Below are positions 1 through 8,528 of a stretch of 64,000 bases of DNA, piece after piece. Under the pieces are notes generated by a model. It was not told the origin of the DNA, made no database searches, and was given only the letters and a program-made list of their open reading frames with translations. Position 1 is the first letter of the stretch. Each line of letters begins with the position of its first letter. The DNA comes from an uncultured virus (IMG/VR IMGVR_UViG_3300009509_000003) (lineage: Duplodnaviria > Heunggongvirae > Uroviricota > Caudoviricetes). Made by a program: the position numbers and the translations under genes. The stretch lies in the IMG/VR virus record IMGVR_UViG_3300009509_000003; one strand, 5' to 3'.

Positions 1-54
1 GCGGGTCGCCCTCTTCAGCGATCATCCACACTCCCGGCCCGATGAGCACCTGTC

Positions 55-414
55 TCATCCCGCCCAATGCCGCCAGACCTCCTCCAACTCAGTGCGCGAG
101 ACCTCGTAGGGTTCCCCGTCTTCGTCCTCTTTCCGCTCCACCACTTCCTTTGCCTGCAGCTCCGTCGTCGGCACCTTCGGCACCTTGCGGATGGTCACGA
201 CATCGCTAGTACCGTCCCCTCGTGCCTTCAGGTTGAAGTCGAACTCGGGCACGCCGTCCTTCATCACGTAGTCGTTGTCGATGCCCTCGCGCATACGCTG
301 CCCGTTGAAGTAGACCTCGACCCCGCGCGGGAAGAGGTAGTGGCGCAGTCGGATCGCTAGCCACGCCATGAAAAGCAAGTTGAAGATGATCAGTCCCAGA
401 AGTAAGTTTTCCAT
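55..414 (-). CDS. hypothetical protein with N-terminal TM helix
   Basis: ORF; start moved to MENLLLGLIIFNLLFMAWLAI just after the upstream stop. Confidence 0.6.
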   Translation of the reverse strand: MENLLLGLIIFNLLFMAWLAIRLRHYLFPRGVEVYFNGQRMREGIDNDYVMKDGVPEFDFNLKARGDGTSDVVTIRKVPKVPTTELQAKEVVERKEDEDGEPYEVSRTELEEVWRHWAG

Positions 415-416
415 CG

Positions 417-608
417 TCACTTCTTTCTCAGAGCCGAGACAATCCAGTAGCCGGACATACCGTGAAGAACCATCATCAGCGATCCGATGTACCACACCGG
501 CTTGTCCTCTATAGGCTCCGGCGTTACCATTCCAAATCGCACCATCGTAAGAGATACCCATCCCAACAAAAACAAGGATAGGAACGCCCATCGGTAATAA
601 ACCTTCAT
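417..608 (-). CDS. small two-TM membrane protein
   Basis: 63 aa, two hydrophobic segments, ATGA overlap with upstream gene. Confidence 0.6.
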   Translation of the reverse strand: MKVYYRWAFLSLFLLGWVSLTMVRFGMVTPEPIEDKPVWYIGSLMMVLHGMSGYWIVSALRKK

Positions 609-976
609 GGCCTCACCTCGAATATCAGCTCTAGGATTTCCGCCGCCGCCTTGTTCCGCGTTTCATAGTCCTCGATGCCATAGCGATCGTGGAGCAGCAT
701 CGCCACGTTGGCCTGATAGGCGATGAACAGGCCCTTATCGCACTTGAGAGTGTTGGCCATGTAACGCCGACACTCCGCGAAAGTAGGCGTGATGGGGATG
801 TGAGCGCGGGCCTGGAGAAGCTCTCTCAGCCCGTTCACGAGGTCTTCGTCCGTCAGCACCTCTCGGCCCTTCCAGAAGATCTTCCCGTCGTCGTCCAGCC
901 GAAGAATAGACACCATCGGCTCAACGCTCGTCTGGAAGTCGATGCACCACGACCCGTCAGAAGTTTTCTCGTCCAT
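605..976 (-). CDS. hypothetical protein
   Basis: ORF; start MDEKTS preceded by GAGGA. Confidence 0.55.
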   Translation of the reverse strand: MDEKTSDGSWCIDFQTSVEPMVSILRLDDDGKIFWKGREVLTDEDLVNGLRELLQARAHIPITPTFAECRRYMANTLKCDKGLFIAYQANVAMLLHDRYGIEDYETRNKAAAEILELIFEVRP

Positions 977-1096
977 CGTCCTCACTCCACCAACAGCTTC
1001 ACGATCATATAAGCTGTGTAACAAACGATCGCCGTTACGATGATCGTCGCGCATCCCCAATTCGTGGGGAAGGGCAACCGCGCACGGATCAGATCG

Positions 1097-1339
1097 TTAG
1101 ACTTTCTCTCTGGCAGGTCGGTCGGCATTGTCCCTCTCTCGTACCAGCTCGCGGATCGCCTTCGCGATGCTCGAATGATATCGCGCCAGCTTCTCCACCT
1201 GCTTCTCCGTGTCGACGGTGATGATCGAGTCGATCTTATCGTCGGTATAAGTAGTCACTCCCAGCGTGCCGCGAAAGTCGCCTATCACGGCGTGCCGGCG
1301 TCCGGAAAACTTCACCGTCTTTTGTCGCCTCTTCGACAT
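1097..1339 (-). CDS. hypothetical protein
   Basis: 80 aa ORF coupled to the vWA gene stop. Confidence 0.55.
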   Translation of the reverse strand: MSKRRQKTVKFSGRRHAVIGDFRGTLGVTTYTDDKIDSIITVDTEKQVEKLARYHSSIAKAIRELVRERDNADRPAREKV

Positions 1340-2094
1340 CAGTCCGTAGACGAATCGGCCGTGGTCGACGAGTCCGACACGTTGACAGAGTCACCCGTGG
1401 TGATGTTGTCCACAGCGTTCATGTCCCCGTCGAGAGCGCTCGTATAGGCGACCTTCTCTTCCGCCGAGAAGTCCAGCGACACCCCGCGAGCAGCCTTGCG
1501 CCGCGTGCCGACTACCGCTGCGCTCGCGGCGTAGTAGGCGTGCTGCATCCCCTGCGGCTGGTCCGATACCTGGCCGACGAACATGTAATGGTGGTTCATG
1601 TCGACCACCTTCTGGCCGCCCAGGAAGGCGTCCAAGCCCTTTCCCAAGAAGACGAAGGTCCACTTGTAGGCGTCGGCCTGATGCTTGATCATCTCTTCGA
1701 GACGACCGTTCTTGTACTCGTCGGAAGAAGAGTTTTCCTCGCCATCGGTGAGGATGACGACGGTGACGCTTCCCGGGCGCTTGTCTTCGGGCGTCTTCGC
1801 CAGTCGCGCGCCCACGGCGTCGATGGTCTTGCCCACGGCGTCGTAGAGTGCCGTCATGCCCATCGGCTGGTAGGTGGTGTGATCGAGCGGTTTCATCTCC
1901 TCGATGGGAATGCCGTTGTGCACGATCTCGTACTCGGTGTTGAACTGGCAGTACGTGAGAAGGCACTTCCCCGCGTCGGCCTCTTGCTGGTCCTTCAGGA
2001 ACCCGTTGAAGCCCTTGATCGCTTCGTCCTTCACGTCCGCCATCGAAGAGCTGCGGTCCGAAATCACGATAATTTCTGATAGGTTGTTATCCAT
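1339..2094 (-). CDS. von Willebrand factor A (vWA) domain protein
   Basis: MIDAS DRSSSM, GMTALYDAVG, ILTDGEENSS, WTFVFLG. Confidence 0.85.
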   Translation of the reverse strand: MDNNLSEIIVISDRSSSMADVKDEAIKGFNGFLKDQQEADAGKCLLTYCQFNTEYEIVHNGIPIEEMKPLDHTTYQPMGMTALYDAVGKTIDAVGARLAKTPEDKRPGSVTVVILTDGEENSSSDEYKNGRLEEMIKHQADAYKWTFVFLGKGLDAFLGGQKVVDMNHHYMFVGQVSDQPQGMQHAYYAASAAVVGTRRKAARGVSLDFSAEEKVAYTSALDGDMNAVDNITTGDSVNVSDSSTTADSSTD

Positions 2095-2182
2095 GACTCT
2101 CGTCCTTTCATGATCGAGTGACCCATTATACATCAACTTTGAGGTAAGGCTAGAGTTTTCCCATGAGGCTTTCCTCGATCGA

Positions 2183-2590
2183 CTACTCCTCCACTTGCTT
2201 CTCCAAGTCGCGCAGTATGGCTTCGTCTGTCTCGCGTTGAATGTCCTCGACCATTCGCTGGCCCACTCGCCTCACGATCTCGGCCTCGACACTGTCGCCG
2301 AATGTCGGCATGAGAGAGTCTCGCAGGTGCGTGAGCGCATGAATGATCGCATCGAGGCTGCGCCAATCCCCGGCTCGGATGTAGACGCCCGGCGTCTTCG
2401 CGAAGTCGACCTTCTGGCCGAGCTTCTCCGGCAGCTCTTCATCGGTAAGCGTTCGGCCTGGCTCCCCCGGCACGCCCTGTCTGAGCAGTAGGATCGCTTT
2501 GCCGTCGTTATGCGGCGGATAGAACAGCGTGATGTTGATGTCTCCCTCGCAGTCCACGAGCGCTTGCCAGGTATCGTATTCAATCGGCAT
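2183..2590 (-). CDS. hypothetical protein
   Basis: ORF from MPIEYDTW, coupled to upstream stop. Confidence 0.55.
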   Translation of the reverse strand: MPIEYDTWQALVDCEGDINITLFYPPHNDGKAILLLRQGVPGEPGRTLTDEELPEKLGQKVDFAKTPGVYIRAGDWRSLDAIIHALTHLRDSLMPTFGDSVEAEIVRRVGQRMVEDIQRETDEAILRDLEKQVEE

Positions 2591-2769
2591 TATGAAGTTT
2601 TCTCCTCGAAGCCAGAGGGGCGGCAGCAGTAGCAGCACTCCCACACCCACTCCAGCTCGCAGTCCTCGTTATTCGCGCACTCGTGGCAGGTCCGCGCGTC
2701 CGGCTGGCAGGCCCATTCACACTCGTTGCACCACTCATCAACGTGCCCGTCACAGTTGGATTTAGTCAC
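2590..2769 (-). CDS. small Cys-rich protein
   Basis: about 60 aa with many CxxC; GTG start inferred. Confidence 0.45.
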   Translation of the reverse strand: MTKSNCDGHVDEWCNECEWACQPDARTCHECANNEDCELEWVWECCYCCRPSGFEEKTS

Positions 2770-2965
2770 GATCGTGCCCCACCATTCGCGCCTGCTCAAC
2801 GAGCCGCATTCGACCTTCGCGGTTCATGACGCAGTCGCCATGCCTCATGAAGTACAGCTTCCCCGTCGGCTGCGCGTCGAGTTCGATCTGCGCCGCCGTC
2901 TCCATCTGCTCGGGCGTGATGGACTGGAGGCACACGATGCAGATCCATTCTTTCTCTTCACTCAT
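2762..2965 (-). CDS. hypothetical Zn-binding protein
   Basis: CxxC...HxxC; SD GAGGAG. Confidence 0.5.
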   Translation of the reverse strand: MSEEKEWICIVCLQSITPEQMETAAQIELDAQPTGKLYFMRHGDCVMNREGRMRLVEQARMVGHDRD

Positions 2966-3263
2966 CGGGATTCTCCTCCATGAGCGCTTCTCGCCCCTTC
3001 GCCGAGATCATGTACCCGCTGTCGTAGCTGCCTCCGGAATATAGAAGCAGTCCAGCATGACGCAGCTTCCCCAGATAGCCCCCGCCTGCGAGCCACATAC
3101 CGCCACCGTGCGTCGACCCGTGATTACCGCATTTGGTGTGATGGTGGTGCCCTTCTGAGTCCGGCCACATCAGCTTGGAAAACTCCCTCGGTCGGATCGG
3201 ATGCCTGTACTTTTCGCAGTAGTCTTGAACGATGGTCAGTGCACGCCGTTGAGCTTCAGTCAT
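2958..3263 (-). CDS. hypothetical, winged-helix-like protein
   Basis: MTEAQRRALT...LGKLRHAGLL...YMISAKGREAL; SD GAGGAG. Confidence 0.5.
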   Translation of the reverse strand: MTEAQRRALTIVQDYCEKYRHPIRPREFSKLMWPDSEGHHHHTKCGNHGSTHGGGMWLAGGGYLGKLRHAGLLLYSGGSYDSGYMISAKGREALMEENPDE

Positions 3264-3864
3264 CGGGATTCTCCTCGAACAATATGCCTCGGCCTTTGCA
3301 CGTGCCGCATTTGCCCCACGCCGCGAACTTCGTCCCATCGCAGTCGGGGCAGATCGTAGCGCCGCACTCTTTGCACTTGGCTGGGTTTGGATAGCGCTTC
3401 TTCGTCTGGCGCTCGTGCTTGCAGGGCTCCACCTCTCTCACCGGGACAACCCCCATGCTGGTGATCTTGAATTTCGATATCGTGAGAATGCCGTTCTCTT
3501 CTTCCCTGTCCTCGCTGTACCCGGCTCCGGCGAAGGCGAGCTGCTCCGGATGCTTGGTCAGTAGGTCCAACGTCGCCGATGACAGGGGAAGAGTTTTCGC
3601 CTCTAGTCGAACAATCCCCTCTTCGTCGATGCTTCCATCGGTGACTACTCCGATCGCGTTTCTCAGCGTGGGCTTTGCCGCGCACCCTTGCATGAGAAGC
3701 CGCTCGTCTTCGGGCTCCTCCAGATATTGCTTCAGCGCCTTTTCGAGGACCTTCCTCGGATAGACGACATCGTTGGCGTTGGGCGCGTCGGCCACATAGG
3801 CGACTCCGCTCACCGTGAGCGTGCCGTCGCTGTTCTTCTTCACCTTCAGCGATCTATCAGTCAT
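3256..3864 (-). CDS. T4 gp21-like prohead protease paralog (probably inactive) with C-terminal Zn finger
   Basis: ADAPNANDVVYPRKVLEKALKQY resembles the gp21 N-terminal motif; His and Ser catalytic motifs not seen; three C-terminal CxxC pairs. Confidence 0.6.
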   Translation of the reverse strand: MTDRSLKVKKNSDGTLTVSGVAYVADAPNANDVVYPRKVLEKALKQYLEEPEDERLLMQGCAAKPTLRNAIGVVTDGSIDEEGIVRLEAKTLPLSSATLDLLTKHPEQLAFAGAGYSEDREEENGILTISKFKITSMGVVPVREVEPCKHERQTKKRYPNPAKCKECGATICPDCDGTKFAAWGKCGTCKGRGILFEENPDD

Positions 3865-4312
3865 CTGGTCTCTCCCATATAGCCAACTGAGACGCCTTCA
3901 CCCTGTGGGCAAACTTCCGAGCCAGCTCGATCATCATCTGCTCGGCGTCGTTCGGCCCGCCGGGCAGCTTCTGCGGGTCGCCCTTCAGATAGGGAAGGTT
4001 CCGTGATCGGGCGCTTTCGATCTCGTTCACGAAGTCCTCCAGCCTTCCGGCGGGGACGAACTCCACCATCACCCTGTAGAGGATGTACTCGAAACCGTCC
4101 AAACGGTTCGCGCGATCGTATCTCTTGATCGACTCTCTCAAGGCTCTGAGGGACTTCTTGCCGAGCTTCGGCAGCCCGAAGTTGAGGTCCTTCAGGCGTG
4201 CACGAAGATCGTCTATCTGCTCGATCTCGGCCCTGTCGAGAGCGTTCAGCACTCGCACCTGCACTTGGCCAGGAAGGAACTTCCGCAGCTCGTCCACTGA
4301 TCCGTCATTCAT
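3857..4312 (-). CDS. RNA polymerase alpha-CTD-like domain protein
   Basis: VRVLNALDRAEIEQIDDL...LPKLGKKSLRALRESI follows the alphaCTD pattern VRxxNxLxRxxI...GKKS. Confidence 0.65.
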   Translation of the reverse strand: MNDGSVDELRKFLPGQVQVRVLNALDRAEIEQIDDLRARLKDLNFGLPKLGKKSLRALRESIKRYDRANRLDGFEYILYRVMVEFVPAGRLEDFVNEIESARSRNLPYLKGDPQKLPGGPNDAEQMMIELARKFAHRVKASQLAIWERPDD

Positions 4313-4859
4313 CGGAGATTTCTCCTGTCGCTTCTATGTCCATATCCAGTATGTCTGGGAGGTTCGCGCGGTCGTCAGCACCATCCCAGGACTGGACGAA
4401 GGGCCTGTCATACCCTCCAATGCTCATTATTCCGACGCGTCCATAGCTAGCGTGCATGACCTGTTGCAGGTTCTCCAACTCGTGACCGTCCATTACGAGG
4501 GACAGGTCGACTTCACTCTGAAACCACCCTGGGAAACGATCTATAGGTGCTGTCATTCCTTCTCGATACTCGTCTCGGTACTCAATCACCGGCATTCTCT
4601 GATTCACCGACATGCGCCGAATGATGCCAATAGCGAGAGCCCGGTGGCGAGGACGATCTTCTGGCCATAGCGATTCGTAGAACCACTTTCTCACGTTGAC
4701 TTTCGAGGGGAGCACTACGGTAAGCGCCTGCAGTAGTGTCAGCGATTCGATGTTCTCTTGCTCGCGTATCCATGCCAAAACCCCAGCTCTCCCGCACTCG
4801 CACTTGCAGCCCTTCATCAGCATAACGTCGAGAGCGATCTGCAGCTCTTGCTCAGTCAA
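4305..4859 (-). CDS. hypothetical protein
   Basis: 184 aa ORF overlapping both neighbours. Confidence 0.55.
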   Translation of the reverse strand: MTEQELQIALDVMLMKGCKCECGRAGVLAWIREQENIESLTLLQALTVVLPSKVNVRKWFYESLWPEDRPRHRALAIGIIRRMSVNQRMPVIEYRDEYREGMTAPIDRFPGWFQSEVDLSLVMDGHELENLQQVMHASYGRVGIMSIGGYDRPFVQSWDGADDRANLPDILDMDIEATGEISDE

Positions 4860-5127
4860 GGGAGTTTTCCCGCGCGTGCTTCAGGCCCAGCTCATACCAA
4901 CGGCAGTCGCTACGACTTATCTTCCCGCCGCACTTCGAGCACGTGCATTTGGATCGTAGATCGCTCGGGTCGTCTTGCGAGAAGTCGTGTGGGCCCGCGC
5001 ACGAGTCGAGCTTCGCGATGTTGGCCTTCACTTCGAGCCAGACCTTGTTCATGCCTTCGCGCCCGAGCCCGGTTATCTTCCCGAGAGCTTCGAGCCCGTC
5101 ATGAATCGTTGTCTTCTTGTCCGACAT
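4852..5127 (-). CDS. hypothetical Cys-rich protein
   Basis: CxCxxC near C-terminus. Confidence 0.55.
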   Translation of the reverse strand: MSDKKTTIHDGLEALGKITGLGREGMNKVWLEVKANIAKLDSCAGPHDFSQDDPSDLRSKCTCSKCGGKISRSDCRWYELGLKHARENSLD

Positions 5128-5458
5128 GCTTCACCAGTTCCCGCACGTATTTCTTCAGAAACGTTACAAAGTCTCTCGCTCGTAGATTCTCCTCCACGTC
5201 AGCGGTCATCGGCTTCACGAGCATAGGCACGCACCGAAATTCGTCTACCGTCTCCCCGTTTAGAAGTTTGCAGCAGTCGTCGCACACGGCTATATTCACC
5301 GTCCCCGAACGCGCCTCCCAGTCCTTTCGCTCCCCGAACGCACCATATCTTCGCGTGCCGATGACTGCGAGGTCGACACGTTTGGTCGGCTTAGCCCCGC
5401 ATCGCCGAATGGAACACACGTCGTTGTGCCCGAACGTCTTCCACATCGGCTCACTCAT
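5099..5458 (-). CDS. hypothetical Zn-finger protein
   Basis: CSIRRC...VCDDC; start MSEPMW with GGAG. Confidence 0.5.
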   Translation of the reverse strand: MSEPMWKTFGHNDVCSIRRCGAKPTKRVDLAVIGTRRYGAFGERKDWEARSGTVNIAVCDDCCKLLNGETVDEFRCVPMLVKPMTADVEENLRARDFVTFLKKYVRELVKHVGQEDNDS

Positions 5459-5678
5459 CGCCCGTCTCCTCCGGTGCTTTGCGCAGTCGCCACGACAGCT
5501 CGACCCAGTACGCCTCTTTCCGCAGTGGGCAGCCCCGGGGAACCGTCTTGTCCGATTCATAGTCCTGGTCGAAGCCAGCGACCGTGACCAGCTCCTGTGT
5601 AGCCTTTGGATGCTTGCACCCGACAGCGGAACGAAGAGGGCAGGCTGCGCACACCTCGACTATATAGGCTTTAGTCAT
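5451..5678 (-). CDS. small Cys-rich protein
   Basis: CAACP...C...CPL; start MTKAY with GAGGAGG. Confidence 0.55.
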   Translation of the reverse strand: MTKAYIVEVCAACPLRSAVGCKHPKATQELVTVAGFDQDYESDKTVPRGCPLRKEAYWVELSWRLRKAPEETGDE

Positions 5679-5686
5679 AGGCCTCC

Positions 5687-6070
5687 TCACTTCTCCTGTG
5701 CAATTCCTAGCTCTTGGGCGGCCTCTCTCACAGGGTTCATCGCCTCTCCATACCCCCATAAGTCCCCGCCGCAAATCCAATCGGGCCAGTAGAAGTGACT
5801 TATAGAGAGTTTTCTTCCCGTTTTTACGTACTTCTTGAGACTGATAACCAACGATCTCAACGTGCCGCCACCTGTGAATTTGCGCCAATATCCCTCGTAG
5901 TGGGTATATACCCGTTTCTGGGTGTACGGATCGTGATACCACACTCGCCCACGCCCATCGACTTCGAGGCGTGCAACTCGATCTTGGTGGCGAAAGAACT
6001 TCCTTCCGTTATTCGCTATCACCTCAATGAGCTGATTAGCCTTTTCGAGGCGCTCGGTTTCCTCGGTCAT
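5687..6070 (-). CDS. hypothetical phage protein
   Basis: aromatic-rich ORF, ATGA coupling. Confidence 0.6.
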   Translation of the reverse strand: MTEETERLEKANQLIEVIANNGRKFFRHQDRVARLEVDGRGRVWYHDPYTQKRVYTHYEGYWRKFTGGGTLRSLVISLKKYVKTGRKLSISHFYWPDWICGGDLWGYGEAMNPVREAAQELGIAQEK

Positions 6071-6435
6071 GATACCCACTTCACCTTCACGACAGAGTTA
6101 CGCACGATCTGTATCGTAGCAGTCAGCCCATTTATAGGCTCTTCGTCGTGGTGCTCGCTGTGCTCTACCAGCACGTCCAGTAGCTCGCTGGCGGTAAACT
6201 CCTTAGATCGTATGTCACCGTCGGAGTCGCTGATATTCTTGACTTCCACTCCGGCCCTTTTCACACACAACCGACATATTTGAGTCGGGTCTACTCCGCC
6301 CAACATGTTCGGCGGGTAGTCGTCCGGACTCAGCGGCACATCTCTCTTGCATAAAGCCCGGCGTTCGCCTTGCGTATCGTCCACGATATGCAGCTTCCCG
6401 ATCCTGTACGTCCCGAACCCCTTCGCCCATTTCAT
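6067..6435 (-). CDS. hypothetical protein, leaderless start
   Basis: ATG 6 nt after the predicted -10; H...C...CxxC. Confidence 0.55.
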   Translation of the reverse strand: MKWAKGFGTYRIGKLHIVDDTQGERRALCKRDVPLSPDDYPPNMLGGVDPTQICRLCVKRAGVEVKNISDSDGDIRSKEFTASELLDVLVEHSEHHDEEPINGLTATIQIVRNSVVKVKWVS

Positions 6436-6441
6436 AGGATG

Positions 6442-6470
6442 GTCGTACCACATAGAAAGAGGCGTGTCAA
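6442..6470 (-). promoter_or_regulatory. sigma70-type promoter (leaderless class)
   Basis: TTGACA-N17-TACGAC with TG extension. Confidence 0.6.
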
Positions 6471-6492
6471 TAGCAGACGTGTGTCGGAGTTT

Positions 6493-6705
6493 TCACGGGA
6501 GAGGACGGGGAAAGACGGTGTTGGTGATAACGCGGGCGAACTTTTTTCGGGACTCCGCGTCCTCGGTCGCCAGCGTGACGACGAGCTGTACACGGTCCAG
6601 ATAGACCTCGCACTCCTGGACGAGCACATCGAACTCGTCCTCGCCCCACACCAGCTTCAACGGTCGAGGCCCGCGGGTGGGCAGCTCGATGACGTTGGAT
6701 TTCAC
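6493..6705 (-). CDS. hypothetical protein
   Basis: 70 aa, GTGA coupling, SD GAGGAGG. Confidence 0.5.
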   Translation of the reverse strand: MKSNVIELPTRGPRPLKLVWGEDEFDVLVQECEVYLDRVQLVVTLATEDAESRKKFARVITNTVFPRPLP

Positions 6706-7205
6706 GCTACAGCCTCCTCAGTCGGCGCGAGAGAGGCCGTAAGCCCTACGTCGCTCTCTGTCTCTTCGCCAAGAAAGCGCTTCTCCAGCCAGTGCGAGAG
6801 GTAGTCTACGGGCGATTTGCAGAAGGGGATGGCTGGGTTCTCCGTCTGGCCGGCAGGCTCGAACGACCAGTACTTGAACTTCGAGGTGTAGACCTCGAGC
6901 GGGATGCCGGACTGAAGACCGATCGAGAGCGCCGTGCACCACGCATCGAGCACGCTGGCCACGGAAGAGCCTTCCTTCGCTCCTCGAACGAAGATTTCTC
7001 CCACCGACCCGTCCTCGTAGCAGCCAACAGTGACGTAGTAGTTGAACTTGCCAGGCAGGCCGTCGGGGCCGAGCCCGTAGATCGAGAACTTGTGATTGAA
7101 ACCCTGGCGGGTGTCTGGCAAGCGGTGTCTGGAAGCTGTGTGGGGAGGATTCATCCACCCACCTTTCCCCGGATCGTCAGCCTGTGTCAAGTCTCTCGCC
7201 TCCAT
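6702..7205 (-). CDS. stand-alone class II ribonucleotide reductase C-terminal (TSCPD/NrdJb-like) domain
   Basis: RHRLPDTRQGFNHKF, YVTVGCYEDGSVGEIF, SIGLQSGIPLE, FEPAG, KSPVDYL. Confidence 0.85.
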   Translation of the reverse strand: MEARDLTQADDPGKGGWMNPPHTASRHRLPDTRQGFNHKFSIYGLGPDGLPGKFNYYVTVGCYEDGSVGEIFVRGAKEGSSVASVLDAWCTALSIGLQSGIPLEVYTSKFKYWSFEPAGQTENPAIPFCKSPVDYLSHWLEKRFLGEETESDVGLTASLAPTEEAVA

Positions 7206-7211
7206 TCCCGA

Positions 7212-7240
7212 GGCGTACCACATAGCCTAGATCGAGTCAA
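7212..7240 (-). promoter_or_regulatory. sigma70-type promoter (leaderless class)
   Basis: TTGACT-N17-TACGCC, ATG 6 nt downstream. Confidence 0.55.
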
Positions 7241-7251
7241 TGGCAAAGGGG

Positions 7252-7530
7252 TTAGCAGTTGAGGAGCCGTTGGATTTCGCGGAAGCGATATCCGTCTGCC
7301 ACGAGCTGGCCGATGTCGTGAAGGATATCAGCGACGGCCACGTCCTCCAGCTTCTCGCTGGGCTTGGATGCCAGCGTCTCACTGCGAGTCTTATTGAAGG
7401 TCACAGCGTACTCCGGGTCATCGTGATGCCCGTCGCACGGCTTGACCAGCCAAATGGTTTTTTTGGCCGGGTCGATTTCCGTCCCATTCAGGACGAACCC
7501 GATGCAGCCGCATTTATACCGCTTGAACAT
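7252..7530 (-). CDS. hypothetical protein
   Basis: 92 aa ORF coupled to the upstream stop. Confidence 0.55.
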   Translation of the reverse strand: MFKRYKCGCIGFVLNGTEIDPAKKTIWLVKPCDGHHDDPEYAVTFNKTRSETLASKPSEKLEDVAVADILHDIGQLVADGYRFREIQRLLNC

Positions 7531-8013
7531 CAGGAGCTTTCCTCCTTTCTACCCTCCCACGGTCCCCAATGCTCATGGCGGACCATCATGCCGATCGCCT
7601 CTTCGGGGGAGTAGCGACGGCATCGTCGGAGTCGATCTTTCCGACGCGATAGTAGGCCCATCGTCGATCTCGACCCAGGCGTGTCCGAACCGTCGCCCTT
7701 CGAGGGCCCCCTGGCCGCCCACAACGCCGTGTACGAGCGTGTAGCCTTGGGCCTGTCCAGCGCAAGCGGCGTCGCTCACGAGGCGTCCAGCGGCCTCGTA
7801 GCAGTCCCCGCGAGGGTCTGGGGTCCAACCGCACTGAACGCAGCTCCCGAGCGATATGCTGCGAGCCAGGCAGCTGGGGCACACGCCTGTGTGATTCCAG
7901 TGCTCGTGGGCCCGCTCGGTTTTCGGTCGATAGCGGACGACTGGGCCGTCCTGGTAGCGCTCGAAATGGGTCTGCAATAGATCATGCGCGAGCTTCAGGC
8001 TATGACTGATCAT
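7530..8013 (-). pseudogene. frameshifted Cys-His (papain/transglutaminase-like) protein with N-terminal Zn ribbon
   Basis: GDCYEAAG...HAWVE in one frame, AYYRVGKID in a second, RYSPEEA...HWGPWE in a third. Confidence 0.45.
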
Positions 8014-8252
8014 GAAGATTTCTCCTCTTCTCCGGCATCCAGCGCCCTCTTCAGCTCGGTGATGGCGTACTCGAGAGCCTTGGTGTTGTGCTTGACGGTC
8101 ATGTACGCAGACTCGACCGTTGGTCCGATCTTATTGAATGGGAGTGATCGGAATCCGGCCTTGTCATCGCACAGGGGCTCGATGCCCTTCGCGATGTCCG
8201 TCGCGGCTCTCTCAAGAACAGTCAACAGCTCTTCCAGCTTCGCCTTGTCCAT
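8010..8252 (-). CDS. hypothetical helical protein
   Basis: 80 aa, SD AGGAGG. Confidence 0.55.
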   Translation of the reverse strand: MDKAKLEELLTVLERAATDIAKGIEPLCDDKAGFRSLPFNKIGPTVESAYMTVKHNTKALEYAITELKRALDAGEEEKSS

Positions 8253-8260
8253 GATGCCTC

Positions 8261-8458
8261 CTAGTATCCCCGTCCTTTTACCGTCGCATCGATCAGCGAG
8301 ACGTTGGTGATGTGAGGCTTCGATTCCAGCTCCGCGGCGCGCTCGCGCGCGACCTCGGCGTTTTCACATACCCAACACTCGTTGGTCTTGGTCGACGTGT
8401 TGTAAAACGTCACAACCGGAATCGTGCCGAATTGGCTGACTTCGAGGTACGCTATCAT
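8261..8458 (-). CDS. hypothetical protein
   Basis: start MIAYLEV behind conserved hairpin and SD. Confidence 0.6.
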   Translation of the reverse strand: MIAYLEVSQFGTIPVVTFYNTSTKTNECWVCENAEVARERAAELESKPHITNVSLIDATVKGRGY

Positions 8459-8470
8459 CTCACTCTCCCT

Positions 8471-8488
8471 TCGGGGAAGCATCCCCGA
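8471..8488 (-). promoter_or_regulatory. conserved pre-RBS hairpin without adjacent promoter
   Basis: TCGGGGA-TGCT-TCCCCGA followed by AGGGAG. Confidence 0.7.
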
Positions 8489-8528
8489 TCCTACTCTCTA
8501 GACGCGCTTCGCAGCGCGAGCCTGACAG

